From Parcubacteria group bacterium Gr01-1014_3 (GTDB taxonomy: Bacteria; Patescibacteriota; Minisyncoccia; UBA6257; WO2-44-18), in NCBI GenBank assembly GCA_007376445.1, contig VMGF01000001.1, forward strand, positions 188,203 to 252,202: a stretch of 64,000 nt of DNA. Reading direction: 5' to 3'. The notes below the pieces were generated by a model. The model was not told the origin of the DNA. It saw only the letters and a program-made list of their open reading frames with translations, and made no database searches. The position numbers and the translations under genes are program-made. Positions 39,247 to 49,325 of this stretch are shown here, one piece after another (position 1 is the first letter of the stretch; the number at the start of each line of letters is the position of its first letter).

Positions 39247-39561
39247 TTATTTTACTTCGTAGACCTCATCACCCTGGCGGACCTTGTCATCCACTTTAAT
39301 ACCCACATCCTGGCCTTTTTTGGCCACGGGGACGGATTTATGATTGTACTGCATCTCTTTTATGACCTGTTCAAAATCAGTGGTCGCGCCACGGAAATTC
39401 ACTTTGACGCCAACTTTCACCAGTTTTTTAAATTTCACGATCGCGACTTCAATGTTGCCGTAGAAATGAGTGACTGCGCCGATCGGCTTTTCACGCTTGA
39501 TCGCCTTAACTTTCGGTTTAGCTTTTTTCACAACTTTCTTTTTTATAACTTTCTTCTTCAT
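39247..39561 (-). CDS. small translation-factor-like beta-barrel protein
   Basis: IG.VTHFY..I.VA..., A.KGQDVGIKV...VR.GD.VY. Confidence 0.8.
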   Translation of the reverse strand: MKKKVIKKKVVKKAKPKVKAIKREKPIGAVTHFYGNIEVAIVKFKKLVKVGVKVNFRGATTDFEQVIKEMQYNHKSVPVAKKGQDVGIKVDDKVRQGDEVYEVK

Positions 39562-39604
39562 GGTATTTATTCGCAATATTAATTTTTTATTTGTACATTC
39601 GCGA

Positions 39605-40198
39605 TTACTTGGTTTTATGATATCCGTTTTTTTCTTTATCTTTATCTATAAGAGCGATGACTTTTTCCAGTAACTGCTTCGGGTTTGAATCAAAGACTAC
39701 TTTACCCGGACCGCGATGCGATTTCTCCACGATGTCTTTCAGAGAATCCGCCATCCCGCCTGTGCCCGTGAGCACTCCGATCGGTTTATTATCTTCAAAA
39801 GCAATCGTGAATTCGTTAAGCGTTCCCATGCGGCCGCAGATCGTGATTACCGCGTCCGCCGCCCTGGTTAAAAGTAGGTTACGGCCAGAATAATCGAAAC
39901 CGGTATATATAATGAGGTCCATATAATCCATCGGAAGCTTGTACGACTTGATATGGGCTAATTCCGAGGACGCCGGTGAAAGACCGATAGAAATACCACC
40001 AGCCTCTTTCGCGCCCTTGGCTGACCAATAGGGAATGCCGGTAGTCGCGCCGGTAACCGTCACCATTCCGGCTCTGGCGATCTCTCTGCCCAGCTCTTCG
40101 GCTTTCTCTACCGCGTCGATAGCGCAATGGCCAGTTTCGGCCGCGCCGGAAACGGCTATTTTATATTTCAGATGGTTTCGCTGACTCAACTTAGACAT
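39605..40198 (-). CDS. LOG/SLOG family protein
   Basis: TGATTG, RN......AD.VI...G..GTLNE. Confidence 0.85.
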   Translation of the reverse strand: MSKLSQRNHLKYKIAVSGAAETGHCAIDAVEKAEELGREIARAGMVTVTGATTGIPYWSAKGAKEAGGISIGLSPASSELAHIKSYKLPMDYMDLIIYTGFDYSGRNLLLTRAADAVITICGRMGTLNEFTIAFEDNKPIGVLTGTGGMADSLKDIVEKSHRGPGKVVFDSNPKQLLEKVIALIDKDKEKNGYHKTK

Positions 40199-40200
40199 AT

Positions 40201-41595
40201 CTAAATTATATCATACGAATCCCCCTGGGCTGGAATCTCCACGCTCACCGCGAGATCATCAACCAGCTTCTGCTTTAAGCCAGTTTGATTGTCCGATTCG
40301 CCGTGCGTCAGAAAAACTTTCTTAACTTTCTGCCGAATCGGACCTAGCCACTCTAAAAGCTGGGGCTGGTCGGCATGAGCGGAATAACCGCCGATGGTTT
40401 TGATCTGGCATCGCACCGCGATTTTCTCGCCAAATATAGAAACTTCCTTTTCACCGTTCAAGAGCCGCCGCCCTAGCGTGCCTTCGGCCTGATAGCCGAT
40501 AATCAGCAGGGAATTATTTGGATCGGAAAGATATAGCTTTTCATGATGCAAGATCCGGCCGGCATTAGACATGCCCGCGCCGGCGATGATCACTTTCGGC
40601 GGTGGAACTTTATTAATATGTTTCGATTCCTCGGTAGTCAGGGTCATTCTCAAGCCAGGGAATTTAAAAAGCTCGTCGCCGGACTTCATCTGTTTCATCG
40701 AAGCCGCGTCCCAATATTTATGATGGCGGTTATAAACTTCGGTCAGCTTGATGGCGAGCGGACTATCCAGATAAATCGGTATCTTGGGAATCCGGTCATT
40801 TTCTACCAGCTCGTTCAATTCATATAGAAGCTCTTGGGTGCGCTCCATCGCGAAAGCCGGAATCATCAATATTCCCTTCCGCCGCACGGTATCTTCGATC
40901 ATGTCTTCCAGCACACTTTTCCTTTCCACCATCGGTTCATGAACTCGATTGCCGTAAGTTGATTCAATGACGCAATAATCCACGTCTTCCGGCGGATCCT
41001 GGCGTTTACCGATGATCGGCGCTGGAGAGTTGCCAAGATCTCCGGAGAAAAGAATTTTTATTGCTTGCCCTGAGCCCGTCGAAGGGGCCTCTATAATTAC
41101 AAAAGCGGAGCCCAAAATATGACCGGCGTTATAAAAGGTGACGGTAAATTTCCCAACCTTGGTCGGCTGGAGATATTCGGCGGTCTGCCAGCGAGTCATC
41201 AGCTCCTCTACCTCGCGGATTCCATAGAGATACGGCATTTGAAACCGCTCGGCCGCTTCGATTAGGATATGCTCAGAATCCAAAAGTAAAAGATTTCCGA
41301 AATCTTTGGCTGGCGGAGTGGAAAGAACAGTTCCACGAAAACCATCCCTATAAAGCTTGGGAAGCAAACCGATATGATCCACGTGCGGATGCGTCACGAT
41401 CACCGCGGAAATTTCTTTCGGGTTATACGGAAATGGATCGAAGTTGTGCTTCTCCACGAAACTGCTGCCTTGATGAAGACCGCAATCAATCAAAATCTTT
41501 TCTGGCCCTGAGCCCGTCGAAGGGTCGCCGTCCAGCTCAAGTAAATAATTGGATCCTGTAACTTGCTGTGCCGCCCCGTGAAATGTAAGTTTCAT
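40201..41595 (-). CDS. metallo-beta-lactamase/beta-CASP nuclease
   Basis: VTGS, THPHVDHIG, AGHILGS, FSGDLG, ESTYG, SAHAD. Confidence 0.93.
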   Translation of the reverse strand: MKLTFHGAAQQVTGSNYLLELDGDPSTGSGPEKILIDCGLHQGSSFVEKHNFDPFPYNPKEISAVIVTHPHVDHIGLLPKLYRDGFRGTVLSTPPAKDFGNLLLLDSEHILIEAAERFQMPYLYGIREVEELMTRWQTAEYLQPTKVGKFTVTFYNAGHILGSAFVIIEAPSTGSGQAIKILFSGDLGNSPAPIIGKRQDPPEDVDYCVIESTYGNRVHEPMVERKSVLEDMIEDTVRRKGILMIPAFAMERTQELLYELNELVENDRIPKIPIYLDSPLAIKLTEVYNRHHKYWDAASMKQMKSGDELFKFPGLRMTLTTEESKHINKVPPPKVIIAGAGMSNAGRILHHEKLYLSDPNNSLLIIGYQAEGTLGRRLLNGEKEVSIFGEKIAVRCQIKTIGGYSAHADQPQLLEWLGPIRQKVKKVFLTHGESDNQTGLKQKLVDDLAVSVEIPAQGDSYDII

Positions 41596-41712
41596 CCCGT
41601 TAGAGGCAGACTGCCATTAGGCAGTCGTACTTTGGCCGTTTATTTTTAGTCGACATATTAATTGTATATACCATAGCATTATACATTGAATTCTTATTGC
41701 CTCTAACGGGAT
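41594..41712. mobile_element. MITE-like element with 15-bp TIRs at a start codon
   Basis: atcccgttagaggca / tgcctctaacgggat; tttcat direct repeat at 41590-41595 and 41712-41717. Confidence 0.75.
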
Positions 41713-41722
41713 TTCATTCCAT

Positions 41723-42943
41723 CTACTTTAGTTCCTCTTCCACAATCCCACGCTCGTCCCACGGAATAGCTTTGCCGCCAGCGATGTGGAGCCAGGACTC
41801 ACTACCTTTGCCGGTGATTATCACGGTATCGCCTTTTTTCGCCGACCGGATGGCTTTATGAATGGCTTCGCGGCGATCCAGTACTACATGCAGATTAGAA
41901 ATCGGAAATTTAGAGTTAAGAACTCCAGATTTTATATCGGCTAAAATCTGTTCCGGATCTTCATCGTAAGGATCTTCGTTGGTCAGAAAAATCTCGCGGC
42001 AATATCTGGCCGCCGACTCCCCCATCACCGGCCGTTTCCATTTATCGCGCCCACCGCCCGCGGCCCCGAGAACGCAAATTAACTTCTTCGTTTTATTTTT
42101 ATCCTCTGAAAGTCCCCGATAAAGTTTTTCCAGCGAATCTGGCGTATGCGCGTAATCCACGATTACCCGGAAAGGTTCGGTCTGGATAATTTCCATTCTC
42201 CCCGGCACGCCTTTAAAATTCTCCAGAGTTTTATGGATCTTATCCCAGCCGATACCCTGTGATTCCGCGAAAGCCGTGGCGGCGGCGGCATTTTCCAGAT
42301 TAAAACTATTCCCGATCCAGTCACTGACCGAATCCCGGCCATTATCCAGCTTTTTCTCAATGAAGTCCTCTCGGCTGAAATAAATCGTGCGGCCGGCGCC
42401 AGCTACCAAGTTGGCAAAATATTCCCGCGCCGGATCTTCTTCGTTGATGATGAAAAGTTTTTTAGCTTTGCGGGAATCTTTGGCGGCGTAGCGGAAAAAT
42501 TCCAATTTGGCGTTGCGGTATTTATCAAAAGAACCGTGAGCTTCGATGTGCTCTTTGTGAAGATTCAAAAACATCGCCGCGTCCCAATCGATAAAGCGAT
42601 GCCGGTGCTGAAGCGTGCCCTGCGAGGTGACTTCAATGATCGCGTACTCACAGCCTTTATTCACCGCCCGTCGGAGCAAGCTCTGAATAAAAAACCGGCC
42701 GGGCATAGTCATGGAAGTAGCGTTTTTCACGCTCTCATCGCCAACCTTAAACCGCACCGAAGAGATCAGCGCTGTTTTTTTACCGGCGGCTTCCAAAATC
42801 GCGTTAATCAGCTCCGCAGTAGTGGATTTACCCTTAGTGCCAGTCACGCCGATCACAAAGAGCTTCCTGGATGGGCGCCCATAAAAAATACTGCCGAGAA
42901 GTGCCAGTGTGTAGTGATATATATTTTTGAAAAAAGAAAACAT
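41723..42943 (-). CDS. murE: UDP-MurNAc-tripeptide synthetase
   Basis: GVTGTKGKST, EHIEAH, VPGRME, DYAHTPD, EDP, GKGSE. Confidence 0.92.
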   Translation of the reverse strand: MFSFFKNIYHYTLALLGSIFYGRPSRKLFVIGVTGTKGKSTTAELINAILEAAGKKTALISSVRFKVGDESVKNATSMTMPGRFFIQSLLRRAVNKGCEYAIIEVTSQGTLQHRHRFIDWDAAMFLNLHKEHIEAHGSFDKYRNAKLEFFRYAAKDSRKAKKLFIINEEDPAREYFANLVAGAGRTIYFSREDFIEKKLDNGRDSVSDWIGNSFNLENAAAATAFAESQGIGWDKIHKTLENFKGVPGRMEIIQTEPFRVIVDYAHTPDSLEKLYRGLSEDKNKTKKLICVLGAAGGGRDKWKRPVMGESAARYCREIFLTNEDPYDEDPEQILADIKSGVLNSKFPISNLHVVLDRREAIHKAIRSAKKGDTVIITGKGSESWLHIAGGKAIPWDERGIVEEELK

Positions 42944-42958
42944 CGCTTTCAAGGTAAA

Positions 42959-43540
42959 TTAACCCTTCGTTTTCTTCAAGGCTTCTTTCAGGCGATCTTT
43001 GAAACCGGAAATAGCCGGATCGATCTTAGAGATGGCGATCTTGGCTTGCTGGCGGGAATAGCCAAGGCTAGCGAGAGTTTCTTCGAGCTCTACATCCGAC
43101 TCCATCAGACTCAAGGCTTGGCGGGATTCCGGACCTTCTATGCTTAGTTTTCCTTTAAGATCCAAAACTACCCGCTCGGCGGTCTTTTTACCTACGCCCG
43201 AAGCGCGGGTGAGCAGTTCCACTTTGCCGCCATTGATCGCCGCCACCAGCTGATCGATCTTGGTGACGCTCAAAATGCCGAGAGCCGACTTTGGACCGAC
43301 GCCGTTAACCGAGATCAGCCTCTCAAAAAGCCGTAATTCCGCTTCGCTAGCGAAGCCATAAAGATCCAGGCCGTCTTGCTTGAGGTTTAGATAAGAAAAA
43401 ACTTTGACCTGACTGCCTATCGGTGGTAAACTTTGGGCGACATTTTCGGCGACAAACAGCTTGTAGCCAACTCCTCCCGCTTCAACCACGATGAGGTTTT
43501 CCCGCTTCAAGCTGAGGGTCCCGGAAACCGAATAAATCAT
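42959..43540 (-). CDS. ruvA: Holliday junction branch migration protein RuvA
   Basis: GVGY, LYGF, V.GVGPK.AL, GVGKKTAER. Confidence 0.97.
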   Translation of the reverse strand: MIYSVSGTLSLKRENLIVVEAGGVGYKLFVAENVAQSLPPIGSQVKVFSYLNLKQDGLDLYGFASEAELRLFERLISVNGVGPKSALGILSVTKIDQLVAAINGGKVELLTRASGVGKKTAERVVLDLKGKLSIEGPESRQALSLMESDVELEETLASLGYSRQQAKIAISKIDPAISGFKDRLKEALKKTKG

Positions 43541-43561
43541 ACTTTCAGTATACTATGACAA

Positions 43562-45385
43562 ATGACAAACGACATGTTCAAACTAGTCTCAAGTTTTAAA
43601 CCAAAAGGCGACCAGCCGCAGGCGATAGAAAAGCTGGTCAACGGCATCGACACCGGTCATATAAACCAGGTGCTTTTGGGCGTGACCGGCTCCGGCAAGA
43701 CTTTCACGATGGCCTCGGTCATCGAAAAAGTCGGCCAGCCGACCCTGATCATCTCACCAAATAAGATCCTGGCCGCCCAGCTTTACCAGGAATTTAAGCA
43801 GTTCTTCCCGCACAACGCCGTGCATTATTTCGTATCTTACTACGACTATTACCAGCCGGAAGCCTTCATTCCGCAAACCAATACATATATACAGAAGGAC
43901 GCGCGCATCAACGCCGAGATCGATAAGCTCCGACATGCCGCCATTCAGAGCGTGCTTTCTAGAAAAGACACCATCGTCATCGCTTCGGTGTCTTGTATTT
44001 ACGGCATCGGCGACCCGGATGAATATAGCCGCGCTCGGCTGGAGCTTAATGTTGGTCAAACCCTTGCCACCTCCGATCTCTTCCGCCATTTAAACTTCCT
44101 TCAATATATGAGAAACGACGCGGACTCTAAGCTCGGCGAATTTTCCGTGAGCGGCAATAAAATTAAAATTCATCTGGTCACTGATGAGATTATCGAGATA
44201 GTTGTCGAAAAAAAGAAGGTTGCTTCAATCAAAAAAATCGTCGACGTGAATTCTTCAAGCCCTATACCCTATACGTTAAACGCTATTCAGATCTTTCCAG
44301 CCAAATTCTGGGTCACTCCGCAAAATAAAATGAGGCTGGCTCTTCAAAATATCCGGACCGAGATGGATGAGCGCGTGGAAGAATTGCAATCCGCCGGAAA
44401 ATTCGAAGAAGCCGAGCGTATTGAAAAGCGGACTATGTTCGACTTGGAAATGCTGGAAAAGAAAGGCCATATCAACGGCATCGAAAATTATTCTCGTCAT
44501 ATGGGATTCCGAAAACCAGGTGAGCCGCCGATGACCCTGATCGATTATTTCCCGAAACCGTTTTTGTTATTTATCGACGAATCTCACATCACGATGCCCC
44601 AGCTAAACGCGATGTCGGCTGGCGATCGTCAGCGCAAAGGCACCCTGGTTGATTATGGTTTCCGCCTGCCATCAGCCATCGACAACCGGCCATTAAGATT
44701 TGATGAATTCAGATCGAAAGTCGGCCAGGTCATTCATGTCTCCGCCACACCAGGTCCATATGAAATGGAGATCAGCCAGCAAACTGCCGAACAGATGGTC
44801 AGGCCAACGGGTATTTTAGACCCGGAGATCCGCATCAGCCCGGCCAAAGAGCAGGTGAAGCATTTGCTGACGGAAATTCAAAAACGCATTAAAAGTAATG
44901 AGCGCGTGCTGGCTTTGACTTTGACCAAGCGCTCCGCTGAAGATCTGACCGAATACCTTTTACAAAATGGCATTAAAACAAAATATCTGCACTCGGATAT
45001 TAAAACGCTGAAGCGGCCGGAAATTTTGTCGGCTTTGCGCCGAGGCGAGATCGATGTGCTCGTCGGCGTGAACTTGCTCCGCGAAGGCTTGGACTTGCCG
45101 GAGGTTAGCTTGGTCGCGATCTTAGACGCGGACCGGGAAGGATTTTTGCGAAACTATCGTGGACTGATCCAGATGGCCGGCCGCGCGGCCCGATCCATCA
45201 ACGGCCAGGTAATCTTGTACGCCGACCTAATGACCGACTCTATTAAAAAGACTATCTCGGAAACTGTGCGCCGACGGCAGATCCAGATCAAGTTCAATAA
45301 AAAAATCGGCATGGTGCCGACTGCTTTGAATAAGCCGATTATGGAAGATCGGCTGACTCAGCTTTCGAATTTAGACGCGGAATAG
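43562..45385 (+). CDS. uvrB: excinuclease ABC subunit B
   Basis: GVTGSGKT, YYDYYQPEA, DESH, GFRLPSA.DNRPL, GRAAR. Confidence 0.97.
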   Translation: MTNDMFKLVSSFKPKGDQPQAIEKLVNGIDTGHINQVLLGVTGSGKTFTMASVIEKVGQPTLIISPNKILAAQLYQEFKQFFPHNAVHYFVSYYDYYQPEAFIPQTNTYIQKDARINAEIDKLRHAAIQSVLSRKDTIVIASVSCIYGIGDPDEYSRARLELNVGQTLATSDLFRHLNFLQYMRNDADSKLGEFSVSGNKIKIHLVTDEIIEIVVEKKKVASIKKIVDVNSSSPIPYTLNAIQIFPAKFWVTPQNKMRLALQNIRTEMDERVEELQSAGKFEEAERIEKRTMFDLEMLEKKGHINGIENYSRHMGFRKPGEPPMTLIDYFPKPFLLFIDESHITMPQLNAMSAGDRQRKGTLVDYGFRLPSAIDNRPLRFDEFRSKVGQVIHVSATPGPYEMEISQQTAEQMVRPTGILDPEIRISPAKEQVKHLLTEIQKRIKSNERVLALTLTKRSAEDLTEYLLQNGIKTKYLHSDIKTLKRPEILSALRRGEIDVLVGVNLLREGLDLPEVSLVAILDADREGFLRNYRGLIQMAGRAARSINGQVILYADLMTDSIKKTISETVRRRQIQIKFNKKIGMVPTALNKPIMEDRLTQLSNLDAE

Positions 45386-45415
45386 AAAAGGCCCGCTTTT
45401 TAAGCGGGCCTTTTT
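45386..45415. terminator. bidirectional terminator
   Basis: aaaaggcccgc-tttttaa-gcgggccttttt. Confidence 0.8.
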
Positions 45416-45416
45416 G

Positions 45417-45725
45417 CTACTTGGGCTGGAGCTGATCAAGGATCTTGTTCTGCGCGCACTCGAACATTAGCTCCAGAGATTCCGCATTGACGACCTGGAC
45501 ACCGCAGTTCCCATAGGATCGGGAAGGAAGGACGTCGGTCTTGTACTTCTTCAGATCCATTCCGTGACTCTTCGCAAACGTCTCGACCGTCCCTTGTAGG
45601 GCGGCCTCGATGGTTTCGAAGGAGAGAACCTTCCCGGACTCTGCGTCCCTCAGAACATCCTCCCATCCTCCGCGAGGTCCTTCGTCGTAGTCCGGATACG
45701 TGAAAGCGAAAACGATGAGTCGCAT
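45417..45725 (-). CDS. hypothetical protein
   Basis: Perfect TTGACA-17-TATAAT, SD GGAGG. Confidence 0.7.
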   Translation of the reverse strand: MRLIVFAFTYPDYDEGPRGGWEDVLRDAESGKVLSFETIEAALQGTVETFAKSHGMDLKKYKTDVLPSRSYGNCGVQVVNAESLELMFECAQNKILDQLQPK

Positions 45726-45859
45726 CTGAACCCTCCATGAAAATGTAGTGAGTCTTGTGTTGAAACATTCAACGTTCTGCTTGGATTATAGCATAGTCTT
45801 ATTGTTCTGTCAAGGCACTTGCCCTTAGCCTGTTTTGCGTGTATTCTGTACTTACTTAC

Positions 45860-46102
45860 ATGCCAGTCACACGCTCAGCTAAAAAAGCCTTACGACAAAC
45901 CAAGCGCCGCCACGAGCGGAATGTTGTGGTAGCCAGGGCTTTGAAAGATGCCATCAAAAAGTATAAAAAAGCTCCAGCCGCTGATCTTCTTTCCTTAGTT
46001 TTTCAGAAATTAGATAAAGCCGCGAAAGTTAATGTCATTAAAAAGAACACCGCTTCCCGTTTAAAGTCCCGCCTTTCCAAACACTTAAACCCTAAACGCT
46101 AA
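45860..46102 (+). CDS. rpsT: 30S ribosomal protein S20
   Basis: SAKKALRQ, LDKAAK..VI.KN.ASR.KSRL. Confidence 0.95.
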   Translation: MPVTRSAKKALRQTKRRHERNVVVARALKDAIKKYKKAPAADLLSLVFQKLDKAAKVNVIKKNTASRLKSRLSKHLNPKR

Positions 46103-46872
46103 CCGCTAATCGCTAGTTCCAAAAGGGCTTCCTCATAATCAAGTTTTCCAGACTTAATGGCCGCATCATAATCGGCCATTTGTCTTTTTTGGATCACATC
46201 CGCCTGCGAAGCGATCATATTAAAAACTTTCGCCGCGTCTTCAAAATTCAGCAAAGCCTCCAGCGCCGGCAAACGATATCGGGCCTCGCCGACTCTTTTT
46301 ACTTTCATAAGAAGATCAAAAAAGTTCCCCCGCTCAAAATGTTCCTCCAATTTGCCGCCGAGAGCTAACTTATCTAAATCAGTCACGATCCCCCAGAGAT
46401 TTGAACCATGCATTCCTAGTAAATTCTCCGCGACGCCTTTATCCAGCGCAAGTTTCCGATTAGTTGCCTCTTTTTTAATGAAAGACAGAATTTCCGCCAT
46501 CGTCGGCTCCTCGAATACCTCCACCGCGAAAGATTGCTTGAGTAGAAAATCAAATTCTTTAGTTAACTTTTTGTCCTCGGAGATTATTAAAGTAATTTCT
46601 TTAGTTTCTAAAATAGATTTCAAAATTGGGATCAGCTCCTTGCCATCATATTCCGAAACATTATCCAAAACTCCTAGCTTAGCCTTTACGAATAAAGACT
46701 GACTGGTCGAAAAGTCCTTGAGCTTGCTCAAGTCCTCCGAAGCCTTGGCGGAGGAGGATAAATCAAAGCTACTAATAGTCAGCCCGGAGTGCTTTTCCCG
46801 GAATTTATTCAGATACCAGTTTAATTTTTGCCTACGCCGATAGGAGTCTGGGCCGTATAAATATAGAATCAT
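46099..46872 (-). CDS. holA: DNA polymerase III delta subunit (short)
   Basis: MI.YLYG.D.YR, SLF, LDKL, D..IKSG; convergent with rpsT. Confidence 0.8.
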   Translation of the reverse strand: MILYLYGPDSYRRRQKLNWYLNKFREKHSGLTISSFDLSSSAKASEDLSKLKDFSTSQSLFVKAKLGVLDNVSEYDGKELIPILKSILETKEITLIISEDKKLTKEFDFLLKQSFAVEVFEEPTMAEILSFIKKEATNRKLALDKGVAENLLGMHGSNLWGIVTDLDKLALGGKLEEHFERGNFFDLLMKVKRVGEARYRLPALEALLNFEDAAKVFNMIASQADVIQKRQMADYDAAIKSGKLDYEEALLELAISG

Positions 46873-46946
46873 GAATCAAGAATTATGAATTAAGGATAAC
46901 GCTTTTGAGTTTTTCGTTCCATGATTCTTAATTCTTTATTCCTAAT

Positions 46947-47879
46947 TCACGCTTTTTGGCACTTTGGGCAGAAATGCGCGGAACGGCCGCCCATACTAAC
47001 CCGCTTAATTTTCGTCTTACAGCGGAAACAGGGCTCGCCTCCTCGCTGATAAACCAGAAGCTCATTGCCATATTTGCCCTTCATCCCGTCCGTATCACGG
47101 AAATCGCTAGTGGAAGTCCCTCGGAGTTTCAGGGCGCGGGGCAAAATTTTTCGCGTCGCCCTGTATAAGTTTTTAAGTTGGGAAGTTGTAAGTTTATAAG
47201 TTGGTGTCAGGGGGTAAACTTTAGCGAGCCACAATATCTCATTAGCGTAGATGTTGCCAATACCAGCAATAACCTGCTGATCCATTAAAACCTGATAGAT
47301 TTTCTTGCCCTGAGCTTGCCGAAGGGTGGCTCCAAATTTCTCAACTGTAAGATTCGGATCCAGCGCGTCGGGCCCGAGATTCGTCAGCTCTGGCAGATTC
47401 TCGATTTCTTGGACAGAACCGGCAATGACCTTCGCGAATTTCCGCAGATCAGAAAGGGCGAGCATCTTCCCATTATCAAGATATAAAATAAGATGCACGT
47501 ATTTATTATAAGGGTCGGTTATCATAGCCTTCGGTTCCAGTGGAATAACTTCCTGATTCTTGATTCCTGATTCTTTATTCTTGATTCGCCATTTCCCCAC
47601 CAGCATATGCCCGGTCATTTTTTGGTGGACCAAAAGCAGTTTGTCGTGAGTTAAGTAAATTAAAATGTTTTTCGCGCGACGCTTCGCTTCAACGATCTTC
47701 TCGCCCGTCAAAAATTTTTCAAAAACAGCGACGTGCTTATGGGCCACTTTATTTTTGCTCTGATCCAGCGGGTCCTTTATCATCTTCGGCCAATCAAACC
47801 ACGCGCCGGTGATCTTCCGGCCAACTACTTTTTTGTTTAAGTCGTTAACAACCGTTTGTACCTCTGGAAGTTCCGGCAT
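46947..47879 (-). CDS. mutM: formamidopyrimidine-DNA glycosylase
   Basis: MPELPEV, H.KMTG, GIGNIYA.E, C-terminal zinc finger. Confidence 0.97.
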   Translation of the reverse strand: MPELPEVQTVVNDLNKKVVGRKITGAWFDWPKMIKDPLDQSKNKVAHKHVAVFEKFLTGEKIVEAKRRAKNILIYLTHDKLLLVHQKMTGHMLVGKWRIKNKESGIKNQEVIPLEPKAMITDPYNKYVHLILYLDNGKMLALSDLRKFAKVIAGSVQEIENLPELTNLGPDALDPNLTVEKFGATLRQAQGKKIYQVLMDQQVIAGIGNIYANEILWLAKVYPLTPTYKLTTSQLKNLYRATRKILPRALKLRGTSTSDFRDTDGMKGKYGNELLVYQRGGEPCFRCKTKIKRVSMGGRSAHFCPKCQKA

Positions 47880-49225
47880 TAAATTTCCGACCAGTTCTTG
47901 CCAATTGCGCTATCGACTTTCAGCGGCACAATTAATTCGTAAGCCTTTTCCATTTCCGGGCGGATCAGCTCCTCGGCTTCTTTTGCCAGATCGTCAGTCA
48001 CCTCAAAAATAAGTTCGTCGTGAATGGTTAAAAGCATTTTCACCTTGTCCTCAAGTTTTTTCTTTTTCAGCATCTCCGCCACGCGGATCATCGCCAGTTT
48101 AATAATGTCCGCCGCCAAACCCTGGATCGGCATATTGGTCGCCATCCGCTCGGATTCCGCCGCGAACCGGCGATTGCCGGCCATGATATTTGGTAGCCAA
48201 CGCTTCCGGCCATTAAGAGTTTCCACATATCCGGTCTGACGAGCCTTGTTGATAGTTTTTTCCTGCCAGCGTTTGATATCGGCGAAGTCGGCAAAATATT
48301 CCGCGATGAATTTGGCTGATTCTTCCCGGCTCATACCGCTAGCCCGCGCCAATCCATCCGCCCCCATGCCATAGATCACGCCGAAGTTTAAAGTTTTCGC
48401 CATCTGCCTCTGCTCTTTAGTAACTTCTTTCAGCGGGATATTAAAAACCTGCGAAGCGGTGAGGCGGTGAATGTCTTCGCCTTGCCTGAAAGCCTCGATC
48501 ATCTTTTCATCGTTCGCCACCGAAGCCAGCACCCGTAATTCGATCTGAGAATAATCCAAAGAAAGCAGACTATGGCCTTTTTCGGCCACGAAAGCTTCAC
48601 GAACCCGCTTACCCCAATCGGAAAGAACTGGAATATTTTGCAGATTCGGATCTTTCGAGCTCAACCGGCCGGTTGAAGTAATTGTTTGAAGAAAAGTAGT
48701 GTGTATCCGGCTCTCTTTATCTGCTTTGGCCAGCTCCAATAACGGCTCGGCGTAAGTAGACTTCATCTTATATAGCTCCCGGTATTTTAAGATTGAGGCT
48801 ACAACGGGGTTGCGGTCTTTTATTTTATCCAAAGTTTCCGCGTCAGTGGAAAAAGCGCCGGTTTTCCGCTTTGGCACTCCTTTGGTGTCGATCTTTAACT
48901 TTTCAAATAGCACTTCCGAGAGTTGCTTCGGAGAATTTAGATTGAACGGCAACCCAGCGGCCTTATGTATCTGCTCTTCAAGCGTGGCGATCTCTTTGTT
49001 CAGCTCTTTAGCGACTTTCTCCAGAATCTTCGCGTCAACTTTAATGCCCAGCTCGTGCATTGAATCTAATATCGGCACAAGCGGAAGCTCAATCTCCCGA
49101 TAAACCTTATCCAAACCCTCCTCGGTAATCTTTTTTTCTAAAGACTCCAAATCATCCGGAAGATTTTGCTGATTCTCGGCGTCAAGCAACCATTTGGCGA
49201 TTTCAATTTTCTTTAAATCGGTCAT
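47879..49225 (-). CDS. polA: DNA polymerase I, polymerase domain only
   Basis: TGRLSS..PNLQNIP, DYSQIELR, AK.LNFG..YG, HDEL. Confidence 0.93.
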   Translation of the reverse strand: MTDLKKIEIAKWLLDAENQQNLPDDLESLEKKITEEGLDKVYREIELPLVPILDSMHELGIKVDAKILEKVAKELNKEIATLEEQIHKAAGLPFNLNSPKQLSEVLFEKLKIDTKGVPKRKTGAFSTDAETLDKIKDRNPVVASILKYRELYKMKSTYAEPLLELAKADKESRIHTTFLQTITSTGRLSSKDPNLQNIPVLSDWGKRVREAFVAEKGHSLLSLDYSQIELRVLASVANDEKMIEAFRQGEDIHRLTASQVFNIPLKEVTKEQRQMAKTLNFGVIYGMGADGLARASGMSREESAKFIAEYFADFADIKRWQEKTINKARQTGYVETLNGRKRWLPNIMAGNRRFAAESERMATNMPIQGLAADIIKLAMIRVAEMLKKKKLEDKVKMLLTIHDELIFEVTDDLAKEAEELIRPEMEKAYELIVPLKVDSAIGKNWSEI

Positions 49226-49229
49226 ATAT

Positions 49230-49325
49230 ACTCCACTAATATACTAATAAAGCGCGAATATACCAATTCTGCTCACTGGTTTGTTTTATAAGTATATTAG
49301 TGCTCGATTCGTATATTGGCGTAGT
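49230..49325. repeat. octamer-repeat palindrome (copy 2) between the two polA halves
   Basis: actccactaatatactaat...attcgtatattggcgtagt. Confidence 0.8.
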
